A stretch of DNA of 64,000 nucleotides from Epiperipatus broadwayi (lineage: Eukaryota; Animalia; Onychophora): NCBI GenBank assembly GCA_028023455.1, contig JAQFVV010000002.1:19654001-19718000 (forward strand), read 5' to 3'. Numbering within the stretch: position 1 is the first letter of the stretch; each line of letters opens with the position of its first letter. The notes beneath the pieces are model-generated. The model was not told where the DNA came from. It saw nothing but the letters and a program-made list of their open reading frames with translations, and made no database searches. The position numbers and the translations under genes are program-made. Positions 37,709 through 51,599 of this stretch are shown in pieces.

Positions 37709-38299
37709 GTGTATATATATATGCATGTATTAGTAAGGACAAATGAACTCAAATTTTAATAAATGAATATAAAATGGGGAAATGAATATCCATTACTAAA
37801 TATAAGCCTATTAATATTAAAAAGAACTAACTTGTTGTTTGCTCAAGATTTGTTTGTCATATAGCTCTTATATAAATATCATTTCTTATACATTAAGTGT
37901 ATGTATATATATTGTAACGATATATAAACATGTCGTTACATTAAATTGAAATAAAAACTTTTAAGTTCGCATATAAAAATAAGTGTATTAAAAAGAAAAA
38001 AAAAACTAAACGCTAAAATTAAAATGTTTGTTAAACGTATATATTCGCACAGATGCTAAACTTTAAAAATATTTTTTTTAATAAATAAAAAAAGGTATTT
38101 GAATGTGTTTTTTTTTTTTTATAAAAAAAGATTTAAATATAAAAATAGTTTAAAAAAGGAAATAACGTAAGTAAAAATAAAAACAGGTTAATTAATTCCT
38201 GTAATCTGTAAATGGAAATGATTGTTTATTAATTATCCAAAAGCTGTCTAATTAAAAAGTCAGAGAGTAAATTAGATAAGAGAATAAAGAGATTTTAGC

Positions 38300-38446
38300 T
38301 TGACCAATGGAAGCACCAAGCCTCAGCCCGGACCTGAACGAAAATTTGGATTAGTGACGTCTTTGTTCATTCAATCTGGAGATTTTCTATAAAAAGAGAA
38401 ATATTGAGTTCTAGACAGTTTTTTCGGACTTGATTTGATGAGAACG
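38300..38446 (+). promoter_or_regulatory. Candidate Pol II core promoter: CCAAT, CRE-like site, TATA, Inr
   Basis: CCAAT at 38304, TGACGTCT at 38355, TATAAAAAG at 38388, and ACAGTT (Inr-like) with its A at 38417, 29 nt after the TATA start. CpG is locally retained in an otherwise CpG-poor window. Confidence 0.5.
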
Positions 38447-38528
38447 GTAAGACGCACTTGCCGTTCTCTCTCATTTTTTTGTTTGTTTTAAAAATATATA
38501 TATAAAATGAAAAGACTGTGATACAAGA

Positions 38529-38615
38529 ATGGAACCAGCTAATGCTACCTCCAGAACATTTTCTTCCAATGGAGACGTCGCGGGAATTAAAAACAGGAAC
38601 CTGGACTCTTCTACT
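38529..38615 (+). CDS. Candidate first coding exon of an unidentified host gene (MEPANATSRTFSSNGDVAGIKNRNLDSST)
   Basis: An ATG is followed by 29 open codons and a GTAAGC donor, downstream of the promoter candidate. An alternative frame from ATG 38438, after splicing 38447-38514, is also open. No further exons were identified. Confidence 0.35.
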
Positions 38616-38819
38616 GTAAGCTATATTGACATGAACTCCAAATTTAAAAATAACTAAGAACTTTCGTTCAAGCTTATGAACTTCTATCTGACTTTTAAGT
38701 TTAAAATCAATTAATAATGTTTAATTTTATATGTTTTCCGATTGATAAAAATCATTTCCATTTTTTTTTCTCTTATTGTATAAATTATTTGTTGTTTAAA
38801 TTTTAAATGAGGGAATTTA

Positions 38820-39560
38820 AGGTTGGGTATAGACGTTGCATAGATTCGTTAGTGGTTGATAATGTTGTGGTTTTCACATTCGATTAGAATATATGTCAGC
38901 GATATCACTGCAAGCATCTTACGATGAATGCTAATGGGATTTGTATATTCCCTATGCAAGTGATGTTTATCGATGACTTTGTATTTTGATCGGTTGTGTT
39001 TAATTTGGAATGTTTTTGACCATGGAATCTGTGCAGCTGATCTGTACTCAACATTTTAAAACAAATTTTATAAAATGCATTTATGCGAACGTATCTAAAT
39101 GTTAAATTTAAGTCTGGCGTGAATGGCTATATAGTTTTGTAAAGTTATATTAAGGGAGGGTAATCTTAGGTTATTCATTTCGTGGTTGAATTGGCTCAAT
39201 GGATTGGATATATTTGTGTAATTAGTAGATGTAGTATGAGGTCCGCTATGGGCAGGATTGCATATATACACCACACACCTTCTGTTTGCCTATGAATGGG
39301 TTTGTAAGTCGGCAGAAGACCGCAGTCCATTCCTATGGAGTTTTTTGTTTATTGTTCTACTTGCCAACAGATGTAACATTCCTATTGGTGGAGAGTCAAT
39401 GTCTTCTCTAATTCTACTTACTGTTCAGATGTCCATTCCTGACAGTATAGTATTTTGTGTTGTCGTATCATGCTACATTGAATACATGAATGTATCAGAT
39501 GGATTGGCACCGGTTGATTGCGAAATTTGTTGCCTAAGGTTAAATCAGGGATGAATATTT
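38820..39560 (-). mobile_element. Possible degenerate RNase-H-bearing LINE (I/Nimb-like) 3' fragment
   Basis: Minus frames give NPLSQFNHEMNNL..LNITLQNYIAIH (RNase H-like NPL...IT..W.P.H) and LTYILIECENHN (terminal HILIEC-like zinc motif). Confidence 0.35.
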
Positions 39561-41889
39561 TCTTTTCAAATGCAGATCTATGTAGTCTATTCATACTTGA
39601 CTATCTAAATAAAATATTAAACTCATTGAAACTTAGTTAAATGTAAAATTAAAAGTTAATATAAAAATCTAAAATGTTAAACTTATTCCTCAAAATTTAA
39701 ATGTTATTTTATATGTGCGTAAATAAATATTTTTATGTGTTAATTTCTGGCAGTGGCTTTTATTTATTGATATTTAAGATAAAAATTAAGATATAGATTT
39801 TTATCTCTGCGTCTCTGCTGAGCTAGTGACTCAGGCTAATGATCGGAATATTTAAATAAAGTGGAATCTTAACAGCGCATATCTGCCTACTCTATAAATT
39901 TTTCTAGGTTTAAATGCCTAGATAGTGCCTTGTAGAGCAGATATTGTAGTTTGCGGTTAGATTCGATCTTCACTTTCATTTCGATCGTTATAATATATTG
40001 AACTAAATACACCAATTCAAAATTGAATCTTTAGCCACTTGACCTACATACAATAATGGTCTGCTGGATGTGAAATGATGGTATGCCATAGCTAGAAAAC
40101 AACAAGCTGTTGTTGTTTTAGTAGACTGAACATTTGATCATTTTGAATAGTCTCATTAGAATTGGATGGGCAAATGGAATCAACTTAAAGTGTGACTCTC
40201 ATCACATACCATAAGCTTGCAACTTAAATCTGGTAGCCTTAAAACTCTGTCAACTCTTTCTTTGAGAGAGGCAACTCAAAGGTGGTTATGTCTGTATCTT
40301 CTGGTTACAAGTACACATATATGTGAGCTATCATGGTAGGTTTTTACTATTGCATTCAACGTGATCTTATGAAAGTCTGTGAATAAATCACAACACATAT
40401 AATAAATAAATAATGTGAGTAATAACTTATAAATACATAAGGAAATATATCCCTGGTTCTTAAAATAGATTATTTCATTATTCTCACCTGATATTTCAAT
40501 CATTTGAATCTGTTCATTTTCATTGTCCTCCTCTACTTCACACAGCATTAATATATAAACCCTGCACTATTTGCAAATACATAGAACCCGGGTTAACATC
40601 ATATTTAGTCAACCCTGATTCCAAACTAAATAGACACAACACTACAAAATAAAAGAAAAATTTAATTAGCATTAATATGATCATAAGCAAATAAAATATT
40701 AACACAAACATAATTTCAATAAATTCTGCTCATTCTATGGTAGCAGATTAAATTACATTAGATAATTATTGCCAAAATGTTTACATGAACTTTTGATTTA
40801 TCTACTACTGCTATAAAATTATTAGATTTCATCACTAGTTTTACTAGTGCCCAATTTATATACAGCAATTTCTTTTACCTCCCTTTAATTTATTAATGGT
40901 CTTAATAGTTTAACATTTTACATACAATAAATATAGTTAGCTGATTGACAGCATTTCATGCTATCACATATGCTTTTAATCTATAGCTGAATTTATATGA
41001 TGACTTAAGTAATTTTAAATATATGAATTTTCGAGAGCATATGTGGAGGATAATGCCTACTACTCCCAACTTCATGGTTATACTAAATTCTATTTAATGT
41101 TGTGAATCTTATACATTGGTAAGTTAAAAAATGTCATCCTGTATAGGTTTGTGTGTGTTTTAAAAATATAGTCTCTGCATTTATATGAGAGAAGTAGATA
41201 CTGACATTTCAATTTCAAGAGAAAGCATGGAATAGGCATTTTCTATAATTATAGTATAATTTTATGGTCTTATAAAAGTTTTTTTTCTCTTTTTTAATGC
41301 ACTTACCTTAGGCAAAAGCTTTAAACTTAAAATGACCTGTAGTTAATGCCCACTCACCCTCTGGGAAAAATTTTGAAGTTTCTAGTCTATGAGAGTACGT
41401 GTGAACATAAACCTGGTTATTTTAGAGATGAGGTAAAGATGACTCACTTGTTATCCACTCCATGCATAGTTTCACAAGACCATATGCATACCAGGGACAT
41501 TTTTAAATGAGTATGGGATATTTTTTAGGACACTATAACTATTTTCAGGTAGAGCTTCTTTTTTATTTTAAGTTACTAAAGATTGATAATAGCCATTTTG
41601 TCTCTATCTCTGTGGTTCACATCATGCAGAAAATCCGTTTTCTGAGTCACCATCAAAGCATCTTTTATTATGGCAACCTCATATATTGTATTTTTGTAAT
41701 GTTACAAATATAATTAAATTATTCCTAATAATACAAATTCTTATTTATTAAATTTTAATCTCTTCTTCCATCTCACTTCTTTCAAACAAATTGAACACGT
41801 TTTTCACAGACAAATTGAACACGTTTTTCACATGTGCTGTAAATACCACATTTATATCTGCACACACTTGTAGAAGGCACTAGTCTTCG

Positions 41890-42470
41890 CACGAGCTAAA
41901 ATTGAAACGCACTCTCTCCATTCAATAATTGTTCTAAAACAAAAGCTTATTCTTTAAATAAATTAATAATTATTGATCGGGTCTAAATTAGCGGTTGACT
42001 AACCCGATTATTAAATCGGCATGCTACATTTACGAATTAAATTTATATTTTTCAGGGAAGAGAAAATTTCTCATTTTTGACTATCTGAACCTTGAATCAT
42101 AACGATTTTTATATGTATATATTGTGGAAGGAACTATTTTTTACAAATGCGCTAGGATTGACACCCACCCACTCCGGTCAATAATTGTTTTAAAACCATA
42201 GGTGGTCTACTTATTATAAAAGCTTATTTTTTAAATAAACTAACTGTTATTGACCGTGTCTAAATTAGGATTGTTTTTATATTTAGCCTGATTATTAAAA
42301 TTGGCGTTTTAATTATACAAATTTAGTTTGTATATCACAGGGAAGAAAAAGTTTCTCATTTTTAACTGCTTGTAAGCATAGGCCATAGGGGTACCACCTA
42401 TGGTTTTAAAACCATTATTGACGTCAGAGAATGCTGTCTGTTTTAGCGCATGTGTGAAGAATAGTTACAC
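41890..42470. repeat. Two diverged ~260-bp tandem units plus an inverted partial copy
   Basis: CAATAATTGTT.TAAAAC...AAAAGCTTATT.TTTAAATAAA...GTCTAAATTAG...CAGGGAAGA.AAA.TTTCTCATTTT occurs twice. 42390-42470 inverts 42130-42210. Confidence 0.7.
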
Positions 42471-42689
42471 ATTATAGATATGTAAATTGCTATATTAATT
42501 ATTATCGGCACATACTTCTATGTGTAAATTCTATCAACCTTAGATCTGCTGTATGATTCTTGCTAATAATTAATAAAAAGAAAATTGAATTCATCTCCTT
42601 ATTTATGAAAATCTGATATTTATCTTGGAGGCCTTAAAGATAAATACCAGATAAAGGAACAGGACAAATTCCTAATGTTCACTCTATAC

Positions 42690-44000
42690 ATTCTTTTTTT
42701 TTCTGTGATGAAAGTTTATTCATCAAAAAAAATAGATACAAATACAGTTAGAAAAGGTATACAATGAAGTGGTTACATAGTAAAATGAAAATTCAGGAGA
42801 AACATGGTGATAGGGGAAGAATACATATGAAAAGGGAATGGGAAGTGGAAAGTGTATGTATTCCAGGCCAAGAAAAGTTTTTGGTTGCAAGTCCGAGACA
42901 TGCTTACATCATATGCTATCTACAGATTATCACATAGTCTAATAAGCAACCTATGAATCACATAGAGAACAAAGAGATCAAAAAAACAATGCATCACAGC
43001 ATCACCACCCCAAAGATGATAAAGATAAAACCCGTACTAATCCCCCTAGCACCCACATCCCAGCTCCCCTGTAAGAACCAGAATTCAGGCCCCAGGAACC
43101 TTCCCAAGCCCATACTAGAACCCAATACACCCACATCCCAGCCCCCCCCTCCAAGACCAGGATGCAAGCTCTGGGAGCTTTCCAAGCAACAGACTCAGTC
43201 CTCAAGACCGCAAAGATGAGTGACCCAGTAGCTCTAATCCAATGTTCAAATCACAGTTGAACTCTTTGGGAACTTGGGTTTTGTCCATTATGTTTCAGCT
43301 TCCAGACAACTTATAAAACACTAGAAGCCTTAATTCATGAGGTCCTTAACTATTGGTAGAAATCAAATGATAAAACTAGAAGCATAATCCAATTGTTAAC
43401 ATTTCAATGTCACAATAATTGCTAAATCCAAAATCAGTGCATATCTCCAGGATTTCCAATGCCTTGCATAAAATTTTTTTCATTACTTTCCAAAATCAAG
43501 ACTTTAATATATATGTAGTAACCAGATAGCTTGCATTATATTATACCACAATATAATTCTGGATCTATAGAGCAATCAAAGATGTACATAGAGTAATGTA
43601 TCCAGTAAAATTGCATATTGAATAGTATCCATCATGTTTCAGCACCCTGATAACCTATGAAAACCAGAAGCACTAATCAACATAATCAAATGTTAGAATT
43701 ATCGATGATTTGTACAGTTCAGCATTCAAAATAAAAAAAAACCTTTAATATAGAATGTATGGTTGAATAATGAAGCAACACTTGAAACCAAATGTTCGGA
43801 TATAATCTAAAACAATTCACTATAGTAAAAAAATTCTTTTTCACAAGTCAAATCTCAGGTCTAAAATGCAAGCACAAAACCGCAATGAATAACGTTATCA
43901 TTTTTAACAAATGAATAAGCTATCCAAATCTGGTAAAAACGTTTTAAGAGACATAGTCAGTGATCCAACATCAAATGCATGGATAAAAGATAAAGCAATC
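42690..44000 (-). mobile_element. Possible L1/Tx1-like LINE 3' relic
   Basis: Minus-strand AATAAA plus a poly-A tail at ~42695-42720. Degenerate GGLG and MHCFF.. motifs are visible. Support is weak. Confidence 0.3.
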
Positions 44001-44056
44001 TTTGAAATAAATGATCAGATACAGTGAAAAACAATTTACTATTGTTGATAAACAAA

Positions 44057-44228
44057 GCAAAACTCTCCATACAGTATTGCCACCTGTGCTAAACAGAGTA
44101 ATCAATGGATGCCAGAAGGCTTGTGCATAAAATCCCTATCTAATGCCTACTCATCCAATATCCCCAGACTAGTTTCTGGCTTGTGGCGTTCGTCAGTGAG
44201 GAGCTTTGGATCTGAGAGCACTGCATCT
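44057..44228 (-). mobile_element. Family-C single arm with hammerhead motif (44161-44202); a further partial copy lies at 44478-44561
   Basis: TCCTCA CTGACGA A CGC-CACAA-GCC A GAAA CTA GTC TGGGGA. Confidence 0.85.
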
Positions 44229-45279
44229 CCTTTTATCTCTACTTAACTACAAAACTATGAGAATGAAATTGAAAACACAAAAAATATTTTCAATCTAAGC
44301 TCAATAGCTTATATAGTCATATGGGTCTGAACTCAGTTCAGCACCCATACATTTTGGTGTCTTTGGCTCTTTTAAAACCATAGCCACCACTATCCTATTA
44401 GGCAGGATTGATGTTAAACCATTAAGCATCACATGATCACATTTTCCTATACTAGCACATTAATTGTTGATAAACAGAGCAAAACTCTCCTTACAGTATT
44501 GCCACCTGTGCTAAACAGAGCAATCAATGGATGCCAGAAGGCTTGTGCATAAAATCCCTATCATGTGAATTTACTATTGTGGAAAAATTCTTTCTTTAAA
44601 AGTAAAATCTCAGGTTTAAAAAAGCAAGTATTAAAGTCGAAATGACTAACGCTACTTTTGCTAACAAATAAATGAGCTATTCAGTTCTGTTAACAATCCC
44701 CAGAGCACCTTTTTCCCAGTGCCAAACCATATAAAAACTAGGATTCAGGCCCCCAGGGATCCTCCCAACAATCAGACACTCTCACTCAGTTAGCAAAGCC
44801 GCTCTGAACTAAAATCTTCCCTGAAAATGAGGTCTTTCAATAGAAATCTCTAGAAATTTACATGGCTGTCAGTCATTTTTAACAGCGCTCCAAAGAAAAG
44901 TTTTAAGCACTCTTACTTGTTGTCCTTTGGTCCCATAATTCTTGTATACAAAGAAATCTAAAAGGTTATTCTGGTCATTTGGAAACTTTTTAGAGAAAAA
45001 AAAATCTTTAAAATATAGTTTAGGTAACTAAAATGCTATACATTCTTATCCTTGCACTGTTACTACTATGTGATTATTTATATAGTATATGAACATGGAT
45101 AGGCTGCTGACTAGCATGCACTAACCAAGGTGATGAGTTTATTGGTTTTTTACTTCTAAGTTTAAGATTAAAAAGCACCATGATATTTCTTCTCAGTTGC
45201 TTGATATCTTTTAACTGAAATATCAGTCGAGTTTTCTTGAAGGCAGAATGACTGTTTCAAAGCATTTTTTTTAAAAGAT

Positions 45280-45845
45280 GGAAATAAAGATTGATAATGA
45301 TGAATGAAATTAATCATAGAATTAAACTTGGTTGGAATGCTTTTGGTAGAAATAACTTAATATTAAAAGGAAATGTGCCTCTGTGATTGAAAAGGAAGGT
45401 TTTTAATAAATATGTTTTACCAGTTCTTACTTATGAATCATAAGACTTAGACACTTAACAAAAGTGCAATACAGAGATTTCAGACCACTCAATGAAGTAT
45501 GGAGAGATATATGTTAGGAATAACAAGAAGAGATAGAAAAATGAAATATATGGGTGAGAGAACAAACAGGTGTTATTGACATCATTGAAAGAATTAGGAG
45601 ACTGAAATGGAGTTGGGCTGGACATATTGCTAGAAAAGATGATAATATATGGACAAATGAAATCTTAAACTGGATTCCAATGGATTGTAAAAGACCTAGA
45701 GAAAGATCACATGTGAGATGGATGGATGAACTTTGGAAGTGTATTGGGGTGATGTGGAGAAGAGCAGCTAGAAAATGGAGAAAATGGAATGAACTTGGGG
45801 ACCTTCATCCTGTAGTGGATTGATAATAGTTGAAAATAATAATGA
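45280..45845 (+). mobile_element. RTE LINE 3' fragment
   Basis: ORF REQTGVIDIIERIRRLKWSWAGHIARKDD..WT.EILNWIP.DCKRPR, followed by the RTE 3' terminus. Confidence 0.9.
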
Positions 45846-46119
45846 GGATATTTATCATGATTATTTTATGTAAATATTAATCTGTTTATCAATGTCCATT
45901 ATATTTGAATCCCCTTTTGTTTTTAGAATAATCTAAACTGACTATTTCAATATATTGAAATCAAAGCGTATTTAAGATTTTATATTATTTTATTAATGGA
46001 TATTGAAAAGCAATAATGTATAACAGATGGTGTCTGACAATTGCAAATATATTTTAAAAATAATATTTTCATGGTAGGGATTAATTGCAATACCAATATA
46101 TAGAGAACCAAAAAATTTA

Positions 46120-46800
46120 TTAGCTATTGCAAGCTTTCCTTTTGGAATTCAGGAGACCTCATCTTCTGACATTAATATTAACAACAGTAATGTATAACTT
46201 CTAAGGACTTTTCCATTATTTTTTTGTAAGTTCTTCCTTTTGTATCTGTCAAGCAAAATGGAAAAAGAACGCTTTCATAAAAAATTTTTTATTTCATATA
46301 CAAACACTATTAGAATATTCTAATCAAAGCTGTGCATATCAAAATATAAATTGCATGCTTACTGATTCATTTCTGTTCGTTGGTGTAATTTTTTTAATTC
46401 ATCATAATTTAGTTATTTTGAAGATCTTCCTTTTATTAATTTTAATGTTTTTGAATGATTTATATGCAAATAAAAATTACTTATAGTTTTTGGTAATGGA
46501 GCCAAGATCACAGTCTTTAGTTACATTATCCAGATATAATTTTTCAGAGACAGTCGGATGGACAGTTTTGCAGTCACCTGGCCTCTCATAAGACAGTCAT
46601 TTAATTTATAAAATGCAATTGCCATTCTCCATTCCAATGCAATGTTCATTATTCCAGTACTGTTCATCTATTTGATATTGACTTCCTGGATCATCTTCTC
46701 ACTCAATGTCTCCAAGCAGCAACCACTTTCAGTGACTAGCAAACAGTCAACCAGCTATCATGAAAGACACAACTCTCCTCATAAGATCACAGCCGATCAT
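46120..46800 (-). mobile_element. Degenerate RTE-like RT C-terminal fragment (different subfamily)
   Basis: Frameshifted PGSQ.QIDE...EHCIGM and AIAFYKLNDCLMRGQVTAKLS match the YLGS...EI..RIGMA..AF.KL pattern. Confidence 0.5.
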
Positions 46801-48235
46801 TAAACATTGCTTTAATGAAACATTTATTCATCAACCAATCCCATTTGAAGAAATATAATAATAATGACTAACTCTGATACGTATAATTGCAATTATAATT
46901 GCAACTATAAACGCTGGCATATGCATTTCCAACTAACATAAATAAATTCTTAATTTCAACTATGGTTAAGGATAACTCCCCTTGCAATAGATTACTGCAT
47001 TAAAGTCACTGGAAAAACCATTTACAAACAAAATTTACGAAGACAATAAGACCTACAACAAGGAAAATAGCTAACTGTATTGACTTTATATTACTTGAGA
47101 ACTCAACTATATGTTGGAATGCAGGACTCCTGCAACATCATTTTAAACTTAAAAATTATTTTTCCACATATTTACCTACATGCACAGTTTGTTCATATAA
47201 TCATTGCAATCTAACTTTGTAAAAATCTTTTGTAAATTTCTTAGATAAATAAAGATTGCTGTTGAAACCTAAATATTAGATAAGAAATTTTAAAAAAAAA
47301 TATCTTTGAAAATATACAGTTATGTATTGATATTGTTACTATTTTTTTGTATATCCAAAATTATTTCACTTTCTTAATTTAATCTTTTATGTAATCTTTC
47401 TGTTCTCATTTTAATCAAGCCTTCCTTATATTTATTTATTTATATGATTGATTTCAATCGTGCATGCACATGCACACCTTTACTATATGCATGAGAATAT
47501 AGAGTTTTATGAACATTTCAATCATCTTCATATTTACAAAAGTCCACTTTTAATCTTAAATCTCTTTTATTAGATTAGCAATTTATAATAATTTGTCTCT
47601 TCTCTCAACTTCACATTTAACCTTTTCTGTATTTAACCCTTTCTTAACTTAACTTTATCTATCTAAAACATATTACTTGAAATCCATATTGCTTAATCGT
47701 TCTCTTCATCACGTGTTTACATCTTCTACTCTTTACAATATATTTACAAGTTTGCTATTAATTAAAAGATTTTGACTGGTTTTTTTAATATATATACATT
47801 TCCAACTACAAGACAAATTTCTAATATCAAATCCACATATTCTTTCTTTTTGCCATCATTATTATCAAATGAGTTTTTGTATGGTAAGCAAACATTTAAA
47901 TAGCCAGCATAGTGAGTTGTTTTTGCCTTTGAATTTACAATTTAAAGCACCATGACTGATTTTTTTTTCATCTAAACCATTACTCAGTATATCTTGATGC
48001 AAGTTGAATGAGTGCCTATATATGTGGGCTGTCTTCTATTTTTATGACAGACAAAAAAATAGGATATATCTTTCATAGAGGCCTGCAAATTAAATCTTCA
48101 ATGGAGACAGGGTAATATATTAAGGAAGAAGGAATATAAAAATATTTTTAAATGTTATAACAAGACATAATAAGATATAACTCCAAAGTAGCAAGAAAAT
48201 CTATAGAAGAAAAAAAAACAAGTTTACAAGGAAGA

Positions 48236-48652
48236 AAAATACAAAATTACAAATTTAAAATATCATATCTTGATGTATTGGAAGGAAATTTGTTTCCATA
48301 ATAAAAATAAAGGTGGTATCATTACTTAAAACAAAGAGGGCATGTTGATTTATGAAATATGTAAAAGAATTTCATAAAGAACAACAAAACAGTGTCACCT
48401 GTACAATTATAACAACAGCTTTTGAAATTTTCGGAAGAAAAATTGTTTCATTAATAAAAATACAAAAGTACAAATTTAAAATATCATATCTTGATGTATT
48501 GGAAGGAAAGTTGTTTCCATAATAAAAATAAAGGTGGCATCATTACTTAAAACAAAGAGGGCCTGTTGATTTATGAAATATGTAAAAGAATTTCATAAAG
48601 AACAATAAAACAGTGTCATCTGTACAATTATAACAACAGCTTTTGAAATTTT
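48236..48652 (+). repeat. Two-copy ~200-bp tandem duplication of a degenerate RT-like segment
   Basis: AATACAAAA.TACAAATTTAAAATATCATATCTTGATGTATTGGAAGGAAA...CAACAGCTTT.GAAATTTTC occurs twice. Confidence 0.85.
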
Positions 48653-49339
48653 CAAGCATTTTAAATATAGAGATAATATGTATAATTAAATCTATAAACA
48701 ATGGAAAAGGTCCATGAACTGACAGAATTGTTGTAGATATCTTAAAGAAGATAGCAAAGCAGAAAATTGTTAACATAGCTATATAATAAAGGTTAAACAA
48801 TAAAGCTATACCAGATAATTGAAAGAATTCTGTAGTGATATGATATTTAAGAAAGATGAATAGGAAAAGAATAGAAAATACAGATCTATGATTCTTCTGT
48901 CATTTCCATACATGATGTTTAGCAAAATCATATTTTATTTATGGAGAACTTTGAATTCAAATCAGCTAAGAGAATAAGTTGTATGTTAAAACTGTTATAG
49001 CTTATTAGATAACATAGTTGTGAAAATTTAAAGAAAGTACCATTATGCTTTGGGTTTGTAGCCACCTGAATCTCTTCATTATAGGAGCAAATATAGTTTG
49101 GTTTTAAAACATGAATTTGTATACAGTCAAAAGTAAAAATTAACAAATTTTATGATACTTATATCAATCTTACCATGGTGGAAGACAATTTATTAGTTTA
49201 TTAAAGCATGAGATTTTTACAATGAATAGATCATATACAATTTAATTAATTACATACTCCTGTCCAATATGGATCTCAAACAATTTTATATTTATTTATT
49301 TATATATAAATATTTGAAAACCAGGCACTCTTCACAAAC

Positions 49340-49852
49340 CTGGGAGCTTAATTGTAAGTATAGAGGATTTGAACTCAGATATAAAGCTGAGCACTGATTG
49401 TATATATGTGTGGAGATGGTAATGTGGACCAATTGATGAATGCTGGTTTAGCATGAAATACGTATATTGGTGATTATTTATCTTTTCAAGGTGGGTCAGC
49501 AATATGAGATGGCTGGAAGAGTTGAGGGTTTTGTGAAAATCTGAGTTCGAATCTCTTATATATTACATATATATCTGTATGTGCAGGTGTAAGCCTGTAC
49601 AGTGTATTAATTTATATAAAAACTAAGTATTGTGCTGGAAAAGCATATGTAACTGACAAACTTTAATTCGTAGCTGCAACTACTGGAAGAGTTGAGGGTT
49701 TTGTGAAAATCTGAGTTCGAATCTCTTATATATTACATATATATCTGTATGTGCAGGTGTAAGCCTGTACAGTGTATTAATTTATATAAAAACTAAGTAT
49801 TGTGCTGGAAAAGCATATGTAACTGACAAACTTTAATTCGTAGCTGCAACTA
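49340..49852 (+). repeat. Internally deleted family-B copy plus an exact 170-bp tandem duplication (49513-49682 = 49683-49852)
   Basis: Ends TATAGAGGATTTGAACTCAGAT and ATCTGAGTTCGAATCTCTTATA are inverted. The two 170-mers appear identical. Confidence 0.85.
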
Positions 49853-50049
49853 TAGATCATTAAAAAAAAAAATTAGACTAATTTCTCGCTGTATATGTAT
49901 TTCATGAAACAATTTCCATGTAACTAGTCTTGTGAGTGTAAACATCTGTATATCTGCAACAGAAATAATAACTTAACTTTTTATTTAATTAAACACCATT
50001 TGGAAGTTGTTTAACATTTTCATGTCATTTTTAAAATGTAGAATTTATT

Positions 50050-50450
50050 ATATATATGGATACATTTAAATTTGAAGGTTTATTATATAACAAAGATTTA
50101 TTATACAATTAACCTGTGAGACGGTTTAAAGAATATATATGCAATGAGGATTTAAAATTGTAATTGATGACTGAAGAATTTTCTACAAGAAGTATATATA
50201 TATATAGTGAAGGAGTCAATCTGCTATCTTTCAATAAAACAATAGCTTATAAGATAATGGTGTATAATTCACATATACCATGAATAGTAGTTAAACATTA
50301 CAAATGCATGCATGAAAGATAATCATATAAAAATGAGGTAAATTAATTTTATCAATTTTGAAAACTCTTATATAATTTAAAGATGACCTAATGATTTTGA
50401 AAAGTTCATAATACCAATTGGTATGTTTTGCTATTGAGAATATATTTTTG
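50050..50450 (+). pseudogene. Possible PLE GIY-YIG endonuclease relic
   Basis: Short motifs VRRFKEYI and RSQSAIFQ appear in the expected order, but the region is highly degenerate. Confidence 0.25.
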
Positions 50451-51599
50451 TTGGGTTGAACATATGAGGTAAATGAAAAGTTATAGACTTTCTAAGAGAG
50501 TGTTTGACATAGGAGAGACAGTCATTAACATTATAAAGTTTATCTCAAAAACCTCTAGTGCAATGCAATATAATGCAGATTAGGAAAGATAGTGAAGATT
50601 TTTTAAAAAGAAAATTTGGTGCTGATATAATATGTATTCGATACCATTTTAAATTTTAAAACCCACCCACAAATAATGCTGACACATCCAAGTGATAAAT
50701 GACATCAATTATCAACATGTCGTTTCAAAAATGGCAGTTACAAAATTGCAAATTTCATCATTAATTAAAAAATCAAAATGCAAGTTTCGCAATGTTCAAT
50801 TGTCATCGAATATTTAAAAATAAAAATCCTAATTTTCATCAATATTTAAAAGTAAAAAACCTCATTTCATCAATAATTAAAAAAGTAAAAGTCGTAATTT
50901 TTAACAGTATTGTTGCTTAATAAAGTTATATATGATTATATACATATATGTGTTAGGTTTTTTTATTCTGCACAGACTCAGTGAGTAGAGGAAAATTCAG
51001 AGTAAGGGGGTGTGGGGGGCTCTGCCCCTCACATAAAGTACTACTTTCATTCATACTTTCACATTTATACACTTTACTGATTCCATATACTCGAGGGTAG
51101 TTTAAAATGAAGGGGAGATTTGGGGGTGTGAGCCCCAATAAAAAAACATGTTAAAATAGTTTAAAAGGATTGCATACAATTAGAAACGCCTTATAAGTTA
51201 TGATAATTGCAACCAATTGGAGGCTCCCTCTTATGGTGCTAAGTTTGTGCAGAATAAAAAACACTAACACATATACAATCATATATAACTTTATTAAGCA
51301 ACTTTTTTTCAAGAAAATTTTCTTATTCAAAGATATGAGATACAAGTAACCCATCTATGAGTAAGAATGATCTGCATTAACGATTCAAAAAAGATCAGAA
51401 TATGTATGTTAACAGGTCAAATTAAATATGAATTTCTGTTGGGAAAATTCAGCTCTGGGTCAACAATACAAAACTACTATTTTGATAGTATTAATATAAG
51501 GATGATTCCACATCAGGGGAAAATGTTTTTAAATTAGTTTATTCTGGTCCTTTCAAGGTCTATCAATTCCCATGTGTTCCTGAACATTATTTGAGAAAC

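Noticed and set aside
39240-39330. GVYMQSC..YYIY as a GIY-YIG motif
   Set aside because: It contains stops, and the neighbouring frames fit an RNase-H LINE relic better.
40230-40400. Minus-strand PTMIAH...PEDTDI resembling a transposase-like ADT..H/DTDV motif
   Set aside because: Too short and interrupted by stops to assign.
42953-43219. Pro-rich 88-aa ORF and overlapping Gly-rich ORFs
   Set aside because: They arise from a C-rich internal duplication within a decayed repeat; no protein family is recognisable.
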